Positions 1 through 10,734 are shown, counted from the first letter of the stretch. The stretch: 64,000 nucleotides of DNA from a candidate division WOR-3 bacterium (GCA_965648905.1 CBFGIT010000017.1:1-64000), one strand, 5' to 3'. The notes: generated by a model not told the origin, from the sequence alone. Program-made: numbers and translations.

Positions 1-468
1 ATCAACCATGCGCTGTATGATTACTGCCAGGCCGAGCAGCTTGAATTCACCCGGTCGCGGCCGTTCCAGAAGAACGATAACTGCCATGTCGAGCAGAAGA
101 ATTACACCGTGGTCCGGCGGGCAGTGGGTTACTTCCGGTATGAGACGCGCGAGCAGTTGCTGCTGCTCAACCGGCTGTACCGGGTATTGCGGCCGTACAC
201 CAACTTCTTCCAGCCGACGGTCAAGCTGGTAAGCAAGACCCGGCACGGCAGTACGGTCAGCAAGCGTTACGACCGGGCGCAAACACCGTATCAGCGGTTG
301 TTGGGATGGAAAGAACTGCCTGAAGCCGACCGCGTCCGGCTGGCAGAAGAGTATGGGTCGCTGAACCCGGCGGCGTTGAAGCGTGAGTGCGAGCGGCTGC
401 AGCGGCGGCTACTGAAGCTGGTGGAGAGCCAGAAGGTGTCTGCACCATCAGGCCGCACTGGACAATGA
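1..468 (+). CDS. C-terminal part of an integrase-core (DDE) transposase, ISNCY/IS481-like; 5' end outside the window
   Basis: Frame 1 is open from base 1: INHALYDYC..EFTRSRPFQKNDNCHVEQKNYTVVRRAVGYFRY, a motif typical of rve-type transposases. Confidence 0.8.
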   Translation: MNHALYDYCQAEQLEFTRSRPFQKNDNCHVEQKNYTVVRRAVGYFRYETREQLLLLNRLYRVLRPYTNFFQPTVKLVSKTRHGSTVSKRYDRAQTPYQRLLGWKELPEADRVRLAEEYGSLNPAALKRECERLQRRLLKLVESQKVSAPSGRTGQ

Positions 469-539
469 GGCGGATTCGAGTAGAAATCTATTTTGAGGCA
501 ACGGGGCGCCGCCGGAGTAGGCCCATATATGAGGCAACA
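1..539 (+). mobile_element. Right end of an insertion sequence
   Basis: The transposase is followed by two copies of GAGTAG-N10/11-GAGGCAAC (478-502, 515-538) ending in ...CAACA at 539, as expected for subterminal repeats of a TGT...ACA element. Confidence 0.6.
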
Positions 540-618
540 GGAAACGGCAGATTCGGTCTTGGTCGCTGCAGAGCAGCCGGAGACGCGTGGGGAACGAGGT
601 CGGCCTAGCGGAGTGATG

Positions 619-646
619 TTGACTTTGTGCCTGATTCGGCTATCTT
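619..646 (+). promoter_or_regulatory. sigma70-type promoter of rpsO-pnp
   Basis: TTGACT-N16-TATCTT upstream of the GGAGG RBS and the rpsO ATG. Confidence 0.55.
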
Positions 647-678
647 AGGGTAGAAAGATATCGGAGGAAAGCAGAAAA

Positions 679-948
679 ATGTCTCTGACAAAAGAAGTGA
701 AAACGAAGTTGATCGGGAGCCACCGGTTGCACGGCAATGATACCGGTTCACCCGAGGTGCAGATTGCCATCCTGACCGAGCGGGTCATGATGCTGACCGA
801 GCACCTGAAAGTCCACAAGAAGGACAAGCACTCGCGTCGCGGGCTGATTAAGCTCGTGAACGAGCGCCGGCGGCACCTGGATTATCTCGCCAAGTACCAC
901 AAACCACGCTACGAGAAGATCGTAGCCGACCTCGGTCTGCGCGGCTAG
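679..948 (+). CDS. rpsO: 30S ribosomal protein S15
   Basis: 89 aa; [28 protein letters not shown]; precedes pnp. Confidence 0.98.
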   Translation: MSLTKEVKTKLIGSHRLHGNDTGSPEVQIAILTERVMMLTEHLKVHKKDKHSRRGLIKLVNERRRHLDYLAKYHKPRYEKIVADLGLRG

Positions 949-981
949 GCCGCCAGTTCCGCAGAACAAAGGACAAAGACA

Positions 982-3210
982 ATGAACACAGGCGGTTTTC
1001 ACCGCGTTGAGAAGGAAGTCTGCGGCCGGATGCTGTCGTTTGAGACCGGCCGGGTGGCTAAGCAGGCCGACGGCGGCGTGCTCGCCCGCTACGGCGATAC
1101 CGTGGTGCTGGCCAGCGCCGTCTACACAAAAGAGGCAAAGAAGGAGTATCAGGACTATTTCCCGCTGGTCGTGGACTATCGGGAACTGGCCTATGCCGCG
1201 GGCAAGATTCCGGGCGGGTTTTTCAAGCGCGAGGGCCGGCCGCGGGACAAGGAGACGTTGACCTGTCGGCTGATTGACCGACCGATTCGCCCCCTGTTTC
1301 CGGCTAACTTCCGGAACGATACTCAGATTGTCGCCTACCTGATGTCCACCGACATGGAGAATGAGAGCGAGTTTCTTGCTCTGGTGGCGTCGTCGGCCGC
1401 GCTGACGATTTCCGAGATACCGTTTCTCGGGCCGATTGGTGCTTGCCGGGTGGCGAAGATTGACGGTGAGTTCGTGCTCAACCCGCCAATGGTCAAGGAA
1501 GACGACGCCGAGATGTGGATGCTCTACGTTGGAATCGGCGACCAAGTGATGACCATCGCCGGCCAGGCGCGTGAAGTGCCGATGGAGGATATTGATAAAG
1601 GCTGGGAACTGGCCGGTCCGGTCATCAAGCAGACGATCGACCTGCAGCTTGAGTTGCAGGCCGCGGTCGGCAAGCCCAAGCTCAAGGTTGAGAAGCCAAC
1701 GGTCGCACCCGAGCTTGAGGCGGGAATCCGCCGCATCGCCACGGCCGGGGTCAAGGCTGCCAACGACATTCGCGACAAGCTCGCCCGGGGCAACGCCCGG
1801 GCCGAATTGGTCCGCAAGGTCACCGAAGAGCTGGCCGAGAAGTTCCCCGAGTCTGAGGGCCCCATCAAGGAGACGATTGACAACCTGACCGGTGAGGACA
1901 TGCGTGCCCGCGTGCTGGCGACCGGTGTCAGGCTCGATGGCCGAACCGACGAAGAGGTGCGGCCGATTGACTGCGCGGTCGGCATCCTGCCCCGGGCGCA
2001 CGGTTCGGCCCTGTTCACCCGTGGTCAGACCCAGTCCTTGGCCGCAACCACGCTCGGAACCAAGTCAGACGAGCAGGTGATTGACGACGTGGAGCTGGAG
2101 ATGGAGGAACGCAAATCGTTCATGCTCCACTACAACTTCCCGCCCTTTTCGGTCGGCGAGGTGAAGTTCCTGCGCGGGCCAGGCCGACGCGAAATCGGTC
2201 ACGGCGACCTGGCCGAGCGGGCGCTCGCCGCGGTCATTCCGCGCGACGAAGGGTTCCCCTACACGATTCGGGTTGTCTCCGACATCCTCGAATCGAACGG
2301 CAGCTCGTCGATGGCTTCGGTCTGTGCCGGTTCGCTCTCGCTGATGGACGCGGGCGTGCCCATCAAGACTGCGGTTGCCGGTATGGCAATGGGGCTTATC
2401 ACTGACGGTGACATCGCCCGGGGCGCGCCGTACCGGATTGTCACCGACATTCTTGGCGACGAGGACCACTACGGCTACATGGACTTCAAGGTCGCCGGCA
2501 CACGTCAGGGTATCACCGCGATTCAGCTCGACCTGAAGCTGCCCGGCGTGCCCTATTCAGTCCTGGCTGAGGGGATACGCAAGGCAACGGTCGCGCGGTT
2601 TCACGTTCTCGACTGCATGGATGCCGTGCTCGACCGACCCCGGCCCGAGATTTCCCGCTACGCGCCCAGGATTGTCTCGATTGTCATCGACAAGGAGAAG
2701 ATCGGCACAGTCATCGGGCCGGGCGGCAAGATGATCCGTAAGATCACTGAGGAGACCGGCACGACCATCGACATCGAGGACGACGGTACGGTGACGATTG
2801 CCGCAACTAACCCCGACGCCCTGAGCGCAGCCAAGCAGTGGGTTGAGTCGCTGGTCGCCGAGGTCGAGGTCGGGAAACTCTACGAAGGCATGGTCACCCG
2901 GTTGATGAACTTCGGCGCGTTCGTCGAAATCCTGCCCGGCAAGGAAGGTCTGGTTCACATCTCCCAGCTCGGGCCCGAGCGTTACCAGCGGGTCGAGGAT
3001 GCGGTAAGGGTCGGCGACAAGGTCTGGGTCAAAGTGGTGGAGATTGACGAGCAGGACCGGATCAACCTCTCCCGCCGCAAGGCGATGGAGGAACGCGGCG
3101 AGATACCGCCGTCCGACGATTCCGGCATTGCTCAGCGCCCGCCGCGACGCAGCGGACCGCCGCATCGTGGTGACCGGCGGGACCGGGACCGGAGACGACC
3201 GCGGCGGTAG
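982..3210 (+). CDS. pnp: Polyribonucleotide nucleotidyltransferase (PNPase)
   Basis: GKIPGGFFKREGRP, RREIGHG, ESNGSSSMASVC, MDFKVAGT; KH and S1 domains. Confidence 0.98.
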   Translation: MNTGGFHRVEKEVCGRMLSFETGRVAKQADGGVLARYGDTVVLASAVYTKEAKKEYQDYFPLVVDYRELAYAAGKIPGGFFKREGRPRDKETLTCRLIDRPIRPLFPANFRNDTQIVAYLMSTDMENESEFLALVASSAALTISEIPFLGPIGACRVAKIDGEFVLNPPMVKEDDAEMWMLYVGIGDQVMTIAGQAREVPMEDIDKGWELAGPVIKQTIDLQLELQAAVGKPKLKVEKPTVAPELEAGIRRIATAGVKAANDIRDKLARGNARAELVRKVTEELAEKFPESEGPIKETIDNLTGEDMRARVLATGVRLDGRTDEEVRPIDCAVGILPRAHGSALFTRGQTQSLAATTLGTKSDEQVIDDVELEMEERKSFMLHYNFPPFSVGEVKFLRGPGRREIGHGDLAERALAAVIPRDEGFPYTIRVVSDILESNGSSSMASVCAGSLSLMDAGVPIKTAVAGMAMGLITDGDIARGAPYRIVTDILGDEDHYGYMDFKVAGTRQGITAIQLDLKLPGVPYSVLAEGIRKATVARFHVLDCMDAVLDRPRPEISRYAPRIVSIVIDKEKIGTVIGPGGKMIRKITEETGTTIDIEDDGTVTIAATNPDALSAAKQWVESLVAEVEVGKLYEGMVTRLMNFGAFVEILPGKEGLVHISQLGPERYQRVEDAVRVGDKVWVKVVEIDEQDRINLSRRKAMEERGEIPPSDDSGIAQRPPRRSGPPHRGDRRDRDRRRPRR

Positions 3211-3258
3211 CAGGTAGCCGGATGGTCGTGCTGTGCACCAACCATGCAGCCCTGACTA

Positions 3259-4548
3259 ATGGCTGAGTTCGACCCGGCACCAGTCAGAGTCTCGGCGCTT
3301 CCCGGCGGGCTGGTTGTGGTCACCGAGTATCTGCCCTATGTCCGTTCGGTCGCCCTGGGGCTCGCGTTCAACGTCGGCAGCCGTGACGACCCGGATGAGA
3401 AGACGGGCCTCGCCCACCTGATTGAGCACATGGTGTTCAAAGGCACCGCGGACAAGGACGCGGTCGCCATCAACATCGCGGCCGAGTCGATGGGCGCAGA
3501 GCTGAATGCCTTCACCGACAAAGAGAGCACCTGCTTCTACGGCCGGTTTCCGGCCGACCAGCGCGGTCCGGTTACGGCCCTACTCACTGAGGTCGTCTCT
3601 CAGCCTGCTTTTCGGGCCGAGGAGCTGACCCGAGAAAAGGAAGTCGTGGCCGAGGAAATCAGAACCGCAAGCGAAGACCCGGACACATGCGCGGTCAACG
3701 GGATGTTCCGGGCGCTCTACGGTGCTCATCCGATGGGCAACCAGATTGCCGGGACCCACGAATCGGTCGCCGGTCTGACTGAGCTCGAGCTGCACCGGCG
3801 GTACGAAGAAGCCTATGGTGCCGGCTGCGCGATTGCGGTTGCGGTCGGCCAGGTTGAGCACGACGAGCTGACCGAACGACTCGGCGCTCTGCTCGACCGG
3901 CACAACAACTGCCGGCCGATGGTTCGGACGAAACCCAGTCCGGCGACGCCGGGCAGCCGACTGACCACCCGGTCCGACCTTTCTCAGGTCTACGTCTGCC
4001 TGGCAATGCCGACGTTTGCCTACGCTGACCCGAGGCGTCATGCCCTGGTCGTGCTCAACACGGCGCTGGGTGGCGGGGTTTCGTCCCGGTTGTTCCAGCG
4101 ACTGCGGGAACGCGAAGCGCTGGTGTACTCTGTAGCCAGCTTTACCGAGTCGTACGGCGACTCCGGGCTACTCGGCATCTACTTTGTCACCGACCGGCGG
4201 AAGCTGGAGCGATGCCTTGCCGTGCTTAGTGAAGAACTGACCCGGCTGCGCCGGGAACGGCTCTCCCGGGAGGAGTTCGAACGCGCCCGGGTGATGACCA
4301 GGAGTTCGTTTCTCCTCGCTCTGGAAAGCCCGACCAGCCGGATGATGCGGCTGGTCCGGGCTTGGCAGATGCTCGGTCGGGTTGTGACAGTTGACGAGAC
4401 CGTTGACGCTCTTGACCGGCTCACGCGCGATGACGTCGCCCGGCTGGCAGATGAACTGCTGGCTCAGGGGTTCGGCCATGCCGGCGTGGTCGGTCCGCTG
4501 ACCGAAGAAGAAGCCCGGCGACTCTTCAAACCCAACGGTCTGGAGTAG
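3259..4548 (+). CDS. M16 (pitrilysin) family zinc peptidase
   Basis: HLIEH (HxxEH), LNAFT, GGGVSSRLFQRLRE; usual position after pnp. Confidence 0.92.
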   Translation: MAEFDPAPVRVSALPGGLVVVTEYLPYVRSVALGLAFNVGSRDDPDEKTGLAHLIEHMVFKGTADKDAVAINIAAESMGAELNAFTDKESTCFYGRFPADQRGPVTALLTEVVSQPAFRAEELTREKEVVAEEIRTASEDPDTCAVNGMFRALYGAHPMGNQIAGTHESVAGLTELELHRRYEEAYGAGCAIAVAVGQVEHDELTERLGALLDRHNNCRPMVRTKPSPATPGSRLTTRSDLSQVYVCLAMPTFAYADPRRHALVVLNTALGGGVSSRLFQRLREREALVYSVASFTESYGDSGLLGIYFVTDRRKLERCLAVLSEELTRLRRERLSREEFERARVMTRSSFLLALESPTSRMMRLVRAWQMLGRVVTVDETVDALDRLTRDDVARLADELLAQGFGHAGVVGPLTEEEARRLFKPNGLE

Positions 4549-4596
4549 CGTTATGCGGACGACGGCCCGGCAGTCGTTCCGAAGAAAGGAGCAACA

Positions 4597-5799
4597 GTGA
4601 GTGAACTTGTGAAGTTGTCACAGCGTGCGGTTCAGATGCCGGCATCGCCGATTCGCCGCCTTGTTCCCTACGCCGACCGGGCCCGGGCCAGAGGCATCAA
4701 GGTTTACAACCTGAACATCGGTCAACCCGACATCGAGACGCCAAGAGAGATGATGGACGGGTACCGCAACGTTGACCTCAAGGTCCTTGCCTATGGTCCG
4801 TCTCAGGGCATCAAGGAGTACCTGAGTGCCCTGGTTGAGTACTACCGGCAGGCTGGAATCACGATTTCCGGCGAGAACGTCATCGTCACCATGGGAGGAA
4901 GCGAAGCGATTTCGTTTGCTCTGGACGCGGTGACTGACGTCGGCGACGAGGTCATCGTGCCCGAGCCGTTCTACACCAACTATGCCGGATTCGCCGCCAC
5001 TGCCTGTGTCCGACTCGTGCCGGTGACGTGTCGGGCCGAGACCGGCTTTGCCCTGCCGGACCGGACTGAGTTCGAGCGGGTCATCACCTCGCGCACGCGG
5101 GCGGTCATCTACTCCAACCCGGGCAACCCGACCGGCGCGGTCTATTCTCGGCAGGAGATAGAGATGCTTCGCGACCTGGCACTGGACCACGGGCTCTATC
5201 TGATTGCCGACGAGGTCTATCGTGAGTTCATCTACGACGACGCCGGTCACGTCCCGATTCTCAACGTGCCGGGCATCGAGGACCGGGCGGTCATGGTCGA
5301 TTCGGTCTCCAAGCGCTACAGCGCGTGCGGGGCAAGGGTCGGGTGCGTGGTCAGCCGCAACCTTGAGCTGATGGCGGCGATGCTCAAGTTCGCCCAGGCC
5401 CGGCTCTGTCCGGCCACCGTCGACCAGTTGGCTGCGGCCGCGGCCGTCAAAGTACCGGCCAGCTATTTCGAAACGGTGAAGCGCGAGTACATGTGCCGCC
5501 GTGACCTGGTCTGTTCGGCACTCCAGCGCATACCCGGTGTCGTCTGTCCGACCCCGCGCGGTGCGTTCTACGTGGTGGCCAAGCTGCCGATCGACGACGG
5601 CGAGAAGTTCGCCATCTTCATGCTCGACCGGTTCAGTCTTGACAACGAAACCGTACTCGTGGCTCCGGCCGACGGCTTCTACGCCACACCCGGCAGGGGT
5701 CGGGACGAAATCCGAATCGCCTACGTGCTCAACTGCCTGGACCTTGACCGGGCGATGAAGGTTCTCGCCGCCGGCATCGAGGCGTACAACCGGAAATGA
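4597..5799 (+). CDS. PLP-dependent class I/II aminotransferase (aspartate aminotransferase-like)
   Basis: LNIGQPD, NPGNPTG, DEVY, SVSKRYSACGARVG (PLP lysine). Confidence 0.92.
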   Translation: MSELVKLSQRAVQMPASPIRRLVPYADRARARGIKVYNLNIGQPDIETPREMMDGYRNVDLKVLAYGPSQGIKEYLSALVEYYRQAGITISGENVIVTMGGSEAISFALDAVTDVGDEVIVPEPFYTNYAGFAATACVRLVPVTCRAETGFALPDRTEFERVITSRTRAVIYSNPGNPTGAVYSRQEIEMLRDLALDHGLYLIADEVYREFIYDDAGHVPILNVPGIEDRAVMVDSVSKRYSACGARVGCVVSRNLELMAAMLKFAQARLCPATVDQLAAAAAVKVPASYFETVKREYMCRRDLVCSALQRIPGVVCPTPRGAFYVVAKLPIDDGEKFAIFMLDRFSLDNETVLVAPADGFYATPGRGRDEIRIAYVLNCLDLDRAMKVLAAGIEAYNRK

Positions 5800-5879
5800 C
5801 CAATGGCACGTGGCGCCGGTCGAACCGCGTCCTTGATTCATTCCGGTTCTGATTCGCCATTCGTTGTGGAGCTTGCTCC

Positions 5880-7049
5880 ATGAGGATTTGCATGGTGACC
5901 GACAACTACTACCCGTACATCGGTGGGATTGCCGAGCACGTGCATCATCTCGCGGTCGAGCTGCGCAAACGCGGTCATGTGGTCAAGGTCCTTACCTCGA
6001 AGTTCGAGGGGCGGACGATCGACTGCCTTGATTACGTGCCGGATGAGGAGCACATCAAACGGATCGGCCGGGGACTCGTTATCCGTTCGAACAAGTCGTT
6101 CTGCCGGATTCCGGTCGCGGTCCGGCCGCTCGCCCGCACCAGGCGGTTCTTCCGGGAAAACGGCTTTGATGTTATTCACACCCACGGAGCGCTGGCACCA
6201 ACGCTCGTGCTTGTGGCAATCAACGCGTCCCGTGCCATCAACGTCATGACCTTCCATGCCGGTCACAACGCCAGTCTTGGATATGCTCTGTTTCGGACCG
6301 GACTGCGGCCCTATTTCAATGCTCTGCACGGGCTGATTGCCGTGTCCGAGACTGCCAAGGCGTCCTGCTACCGATACTTTCCCGGTAACTACCGCATCAT
6401 ACCGAATGGGATTGACCTCGGGTTCTTTCGGCCTGATGCCGAGCCGGTACCCGAGCTTGCTGACGGCCGCCCCAGAGTCCTGTTCATGGGTCGGTTTGAG
6501 CCGCGCAAAGGACTCAAGTATCTGCTCATGGCCATGCCCGAAATCGTCGCCGCGGTGCCTGACGTCGAGCTGGTCGTGGTCGGCACTGGCCTGCTTGGCT
6601 ACTCATACAAGACATTCCTGGACAGGAACGTTCAGGAGCATGTGCGCTGGTGCGGACTGATACCCGGGGAGGATCGGCCTCGGTACTATGCCAGTTGCGA
6701 TGTCTACTGCTCGCCGGCAATCGGCAACGAGAGTTTCGGCATCGTCCTTCTTGAAGCGATGGCAACGGCCAAGCCGGTTGTCGCGTCCGACATTCCCGGA
6801 TACCGCTCGGTTGTGACTCCGGACCAGGAAGCGCTCTTGGCTCAGCCCCGCGACGTCCACGGTCTGGCTCAGGCGATTGTCCGTCTGCTCAAAGACCGTG
6901 AGCTGGCCCGCAAGCTTGGAGCGAATGGCCTGAAGCGGGCTCGCGAGTTCTCCTGGCCCGCAATTGCCGGACGGGTCGAGGCGGTCTACAGGGAGTTGCT
7001 GGCTACCTATTCGGTGCCGCGCTACGGCCGGCTGGATGGCCGCGGGTGA
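5880..7049 (+). CDS. GT4 family glycosyltransferase (PimA-like)
   Basis: GGIAEHV, GRFEPRKG, ESFGIVLLEAMA. Confidence 0.88.
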   Translation: MRICMVTDNYYPYIGGIAEHVHHLAVELRKRGHVVKVLTSKFEGRTIDCLDYVPDEEHIKRIGRGLVIRSNKSFCRIPVAVRPLARTRRFFRENGFDVIHTHGALAPTLVLVAINASRAINVMTFHAGHNASLGYALFRTGLRPYFNALHGLIAVSETAKASCYRYFPGNYRIIPNGIDLGFFRPDAEPVPELADGRPRVLFMGRFEPRKGLKYLLMAMPEIVAAVPDVELVVVGTGLLGYSYKTFLDRNVQEHVRWCGLIPGEDRPRYYASCDVYCSPAIGNESFGIVLLEAMATAKPVVASDIPGYRSVVTPDQEALLAQPRDVHGLAQAIVRLLKDRELARKLGANGLKRAREFSWPAIAGRVEAVYRELLATYSVPRYGRLDGRG

Positions 7050-8382
7050 GAGCGACAGGCTGATGCCCGCAGCCGGCAGTCGAAGTCAGTTGCTGCCGGT
7101 TGTTCGGAACCGCGAGTTCCTGGTCTTTTCGATTTCGCAGGCATTCTCCCTGTTTGGTGACAAGCTCGACTACATGGCGCTACTGGCGATGGTTGCCTTC
7201 TTCTCATCGACCCGAGGCTGGCAAAGCGCCCGGGCGATTTCCTGGCTTTCGGTGGTCGTTGCTCTGCCGACGGTGCTGTTCGGGCCTCTGGCCGGAATCA
7301 TGGTCGACCGCTGGGACCGGCGTAAGGTAATGGTCATCTGCGACACGGCCCGGGCCGTGCTCGTGCTCGCGGTTCCGACCGTGGCACTGGCGACCATGAA
7401 TCTGCCCCTGGTCTATGTCATCGCGTTTCTTGTCTTCCTGTTCGGGCTCTTCTTCAACACTGCCCGGCTTGCCGTCATCCCCAATCTCGTCGGCCCGGAC
7501 CGGCTGCTCGGTGCCAACTCGTTCATGAACGTAGTCGGCCGCATCGCCACGGTTCTCGGCATGTTCCTGGGCGGATTGATTGTTGACTGGCACTGGTGGC
7601 AGCGGCTCGGCATCCGGCCGACCTGGAGCGCCGGGTTCTATCTTGATTCATTCACCTACGTCGTCTCGGTCGTCGTGCTGCTTCTGGTGTTCAGGCGTCT
7701 GGAACCGATCTGGCGTTCGACTCCGGTTGCGGCCGTCGAAGTCGATGTTCTGCTTGACCAGCAGTCGCGGATGCTGCGTGAGGTGCGCGAGGCCTGGGAA
7801 CAGGTACGACGTGGCCCGTCGGTGCTTTTCGTCTATCTGGCAGTATTACTCATGGTTCTGCTCGGAGCTGCAGTTTTTGTGCTCTACATTCCGGTCATCC
7901 AGGGTAGTCGGGAACTGGCCGGTCTGAATCTGGGCACAAGAGGTGTCGGTTTTGTCGCGGCCATCGGCTCGGTCGGCCTGGTGCTTTCCTCAATGGGTTA
8001 CGGTCTGATTGGCCACCGGGTCAGGAAGCACCGGGTGGTTCTTGCCTGTTACCTGGTGCTGGGACTGGTTGCCTTTGGTCTGGCAGCGTCCCGGTCGTTT
8101 GGCCCGGTCGTACCGCTGGTGTTCGTGGCCGGACTGGCGCTCTCTCCGGTCTTGATTGCCATGGACACGCTCCTGCACGAATCGGTCCCCGAGGAGATCC
8201 GGGGCCGGATCTTCTCGGCCCGGGAATGGATTCTTCACCTTACCTTTGCTGTCGCGTCACTGGTCGTGGGGCAGCTCACGAACTTCTTTCCTACCCGGCG
8301 TCTACTCGGCGCCATCGGCCTGTTCGTTGCACTCGCAAGCGTGGCCGGTTTTGCTCTGGCGCGAAACCGAAACATCGGTTAG
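7036..8382 (+). CDS. MFS transporter
   Basis: About 12 hydrophobic segments and motif A (GIMVDRWDRRKVM); start at ATG 7036 is inferred. Confidence 0.85.
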   Translation: MAAGESDRLMPAAGSRSQLLPVVRNREFLVFSISQAFSLFGDKLDYMALLAMVAFFSSTRGWQSARAISWLSVVVALPTVLFGPLAGIMVDRWDRRKVMVICDTARAVLVLAVPTVALATMNLPLVYVIAFLVFLFGLFFNTARLAVIPNLVGPDRLLGANSFMNVVGRIATVLGMFLGGLIVDWHWWQRLGIRPTWSAGFYLDSFTYVVSVVVLLLVFRRLEPIWRSTPVAAVEVDVLLDQQSRMLREVREAWEQVRRGPSVLFVYLAVLLMVLLGAAVFVLYIPVIQGSRELAGLNLGTRGVGFVAAIGSVGLVLSSMGYGLIGHRVRKHRVVLACYLVLGLVAFGLAASRSFGPVVPLVFVAGLALSPVLIAMDTLLHESVPEEIRGRIFSAREWILHLTFAVASLVVGQLTNFFPTRRLLGAIGLFVALASVAGFALARNRNIG

Positions 8383-8398
8383 AATTGGAAAACTGACC

Positions 8399-9499
8399 AT
8401 GACCGACCCTCGACTGGAACGAATGGCCGCGGTGATTGTCGACTACAGCGTCCGGGTCAGACCCGGCCAATTGGTGCTTGTTGCGGCCGAGCCATCCGGC
8501 CTGAACCTTGCCCGAGCCGTGTATCGCCGGGCGCTCGCGGCTCAAGCCCATCCCTGTGTCCGCACCCTCCTGCCCGACCTTGAGGCTTTGCTCCTGCGCG
8601 AGGGGAGTGAGGCGCAGGCCGGTTACATCTCGGACATCGACAGACTCGAACTGGAACGAATCGATGCCCGCGTGGTTATAAGAGCGCCGGACAACACGCG
8701 GGCTCTGGCCGGCGTCGACCCGGCCCGACTTGCGCTTGTCCGGCGTGCCCGTCAACCTCTGTTCCGCCGACTGCTCGAGCGCAAGGCCCGGGGCGAGCTG
8801 GCAACCTGCCTGACTCAGTACCCGACCGCAGCCGCGGCCCAGGAAGCAGGCATGAGCCTTGAGGACTACGAAGAGTTCGTGTTTCGGGCCTGTTTCTGCG
8901 ACCGGGAAGACCCGATTCAGGCCTGGCAGGAGCTTTCGCGCGAACAGCAGCAGTACGTTGACTTCCTGAATACAGCCCAGACGATTGTTGTCGAAGCGCC
9001 GGACACCGAGCTCAGACTGAGCGTTGTCGGGCGTAAGTGGGTCAATTCTGACGGCCGCGCCAACTTTCCCTCAGGCGAGGTTTTCACCGGGCCGGTCGAG
9101 GATTCGGTCGAAGGGCATATCCGGTTCGACGTGCCCACGACCTATTCCGGTCACGACATCGAAGGTATCGAACTCCGGTTCAGGGCCGGTCGGGTGGTCG
9201 AGGCCCGGGCCGAGCGCGGCACGGACTTCTTGATTTCGACTCTTGACACGGACTTTGGCGCCCGAGTCCTGGGTGAGTTTGCCTTCGGACTGAACTATGG
9301 CATCGACCGCCCCACGCGCAACATTCTGTTCGACGAGAAAATCGGCGGCACGATTCACCTGGCGGTCGGCTCCGGGTACCCGGAGACCGGCAGCACCAAC
9401 CGTTCGGCGATTCACTGGGACATGATAAAGAGCATGAAGACCGGTCGGGTCTCAGTCGACGGCAGGCCCGTCTACGAGAACGGCCGGTTCAAACTATGA
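8399..9499 (+). CDS. M29 family aminopeptidase (AmpS/AmpT-like), copy 1
   Basis: NFPSGEVFTGP, LGEFAFG, LFDEKIGGTIHLAVG, SAIHWDM; start at MTDPRL. Confidence 0.92.
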   Translation: MTDPRLERMAAVIVDYSVRVRPGQLVLVAAEPSGLNLARAVYRRALAAQAHPCVRTLLPDLEALLLREGSEAQAGYISDIDRLELERIDARVVIRAPDNTRALAGVDPARLALVRRARQPLFRRLLERKARGELATCLTQYPTAAAAQEAGMSLEDYEEFVFRACFCDREDPIQAWQELSREQQQYVDFLNTAQTIVVEAPDTELRLSVVGRKWVNSDGRANFPSGEVFTGPVEDSVEGHIRFDVPTTYSGHDIEGIELRFRAGRVVEARAERGTDFLISTLDTDFGARVLGEFAFGLNYGIDRPTRNILFDEKIGGTIHLAVGSGYPETGSTNRSAIHWDMIKSMKTGRVSVDGRPVYENGRFKL

Positions 9500-9506
9500 G
9501 GAGAAC

Positions 9507-10619
9507 ATGACCGACCCAAGAATAGCAAGACTGGCGCGGCTGCTCGTCAACTACAGCCTGCGCCTCAAGAAACGCGACTGGGTAATCATCAAAGGGCCGG
9601 CGGTTGCCGAGGAGCTTATTCAGGCGTGTCAGGTCGAGGCGCTTTCTGCGGGTGCGTTCGTCTCTTTGCGGGTCGACCTGGCTGAGACCACCTACATCCA
9701 TTTCCGCCACGCCAGCGAAGAACAGCTTAGGTTCATTGCGCCGAACGAGCGGCTTGAAATGACTCGGGCTGATGCGATGCTCTTCATCTGGGGTGGCTGG
9801 AACAGCAAGGTCCTTACCGGCATCAATCCTGTCCGGCTGGCTCTGGCCCAGTCGGCCCGGCGTTCGCTCTTCGACATCATGCTCAAACGTGAAGCCTCGG
9901 GCAGTCTGCGCTGGGTCGGCACCCAGTTTCCAACCCACTCCTCAGCCCAGGACGCGGAAATGTCCCTGACCGAGTACCAGGATTTCGTCTACGGCGCGGG
10001 TATGCTCGACCGGCCGGACCCGGCTGCCGCGTGGCGCGAAGTGTCAACTCGCCAGGCCGGACTGGCCAAACGGTTGAGTCGCCTGAGTGCGATAAGGATT
10101 GTCGGAAAGGACACTGACATCACCTTTGGCGTGAAAGGTCGGAAATGGGTCAATTGCGACGGCAGAGTCAACTTCCCGGACGGCGAAGTCTTCACCAGCC
10201 CGCTTGAAGACGCGACCGAAGGTACGGTCCGCTACACGTTTCCGGCAGTCTACAACGGTCGCGAGGTCGAGAATGTCCGGCTCTGGTTCAAGGCTGGCCG
10301 GGTCGTGGACGCCAGAGCCGACAAGGGCGAAGAGCTCCTTGTCAAGATGCTCGACACTGACCCGGGGGCGCGGCGGGTGGGCGAACTTGCCTTCGGCACC
10401 AACTACTCAATCAAACGGTTCACCAGAAACACCCTTTTTGACGAGAAAATCGGTGGCACCATGCACGTTGCCATCGGCGCAGCCCTGCCTGAGGCCGGCG
10501 GCAGGAACAAGTCAGCGATTCACTGGGACATGGTCTGCGACACCCGCTCCGGCTTCTTGGTCTACGGTGACGGCAGACCCCTGATGAAGAACGGCCGCTT
10601 CATCGGTTCGACGGACTAG
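9507..10619 (+). CDS. M29 family aminopeptidase, copy 2
   Basis: NFPDGEVFTSP, LFDEKIGGTMHVAIG, SAIHWDM. Confidence 0.92.
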   Translation: MTDPRIARLARLLVNYSLRLKKRDWVIIKGPAVAEELIQACQVEALSAGAFVSLRVDLAETTYIHFRHASEEQLRFIAPNERLEMTRADAMLFIWGGWNSKVLTGINPVRLALAQSARRSLFDIMLKREASGSLRWVGTQFPTHSSAQDAEMSLTEYQDFVYGAGMLDRPDPAAAWREVSTRQAGLAKRLSRLSAIRIVGKDTDITFGVKGRKWVNCDGRVNFPDGEVFTSPLEDATEGTVRYTFPAVYNGREVENVRLWFKAGRVVDARADKGEELLVKMLDTDPGARRVGELAFGTNYSIKRFTRNTLFDEKIGGTMHVAIGAALPEAGGRNKSAIHWDMVCDTRSGFLVYGDGRPLMKNGRFIGSTD

Positions 10620-10700
10620 CGCCGACGCGGTCCGAAGACGCCGAACCGGATTAGGCCGAGAGCCTGCCGCGGTTCGTCTACACGCTGCAACCCGTTTCGT

Positions 10701-10728
10701 TTGACACTCTGACGCGTCGGCCTATAAT
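10701..10728 (+). promoter_or_regulatory. Consensus sigma70 promoter
   Basis: TTGACA-N16-TATAAT, both hexamers perfect. Confidence 0.8.
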
Positions 10729-10734
10729 CAAGCA

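Noticed and set aside
647..678. S15 autoregulatory leader RNA
   Set aside because: Only about 25 nt of purine-rich leader follow the candidate promoter, with no recognisable structure.
5804..5820. sigma54 promoter at TGGCACG (similar starts near 32833 and 63898)
   Set aside because: No GC at the required GG-N10-GC position.
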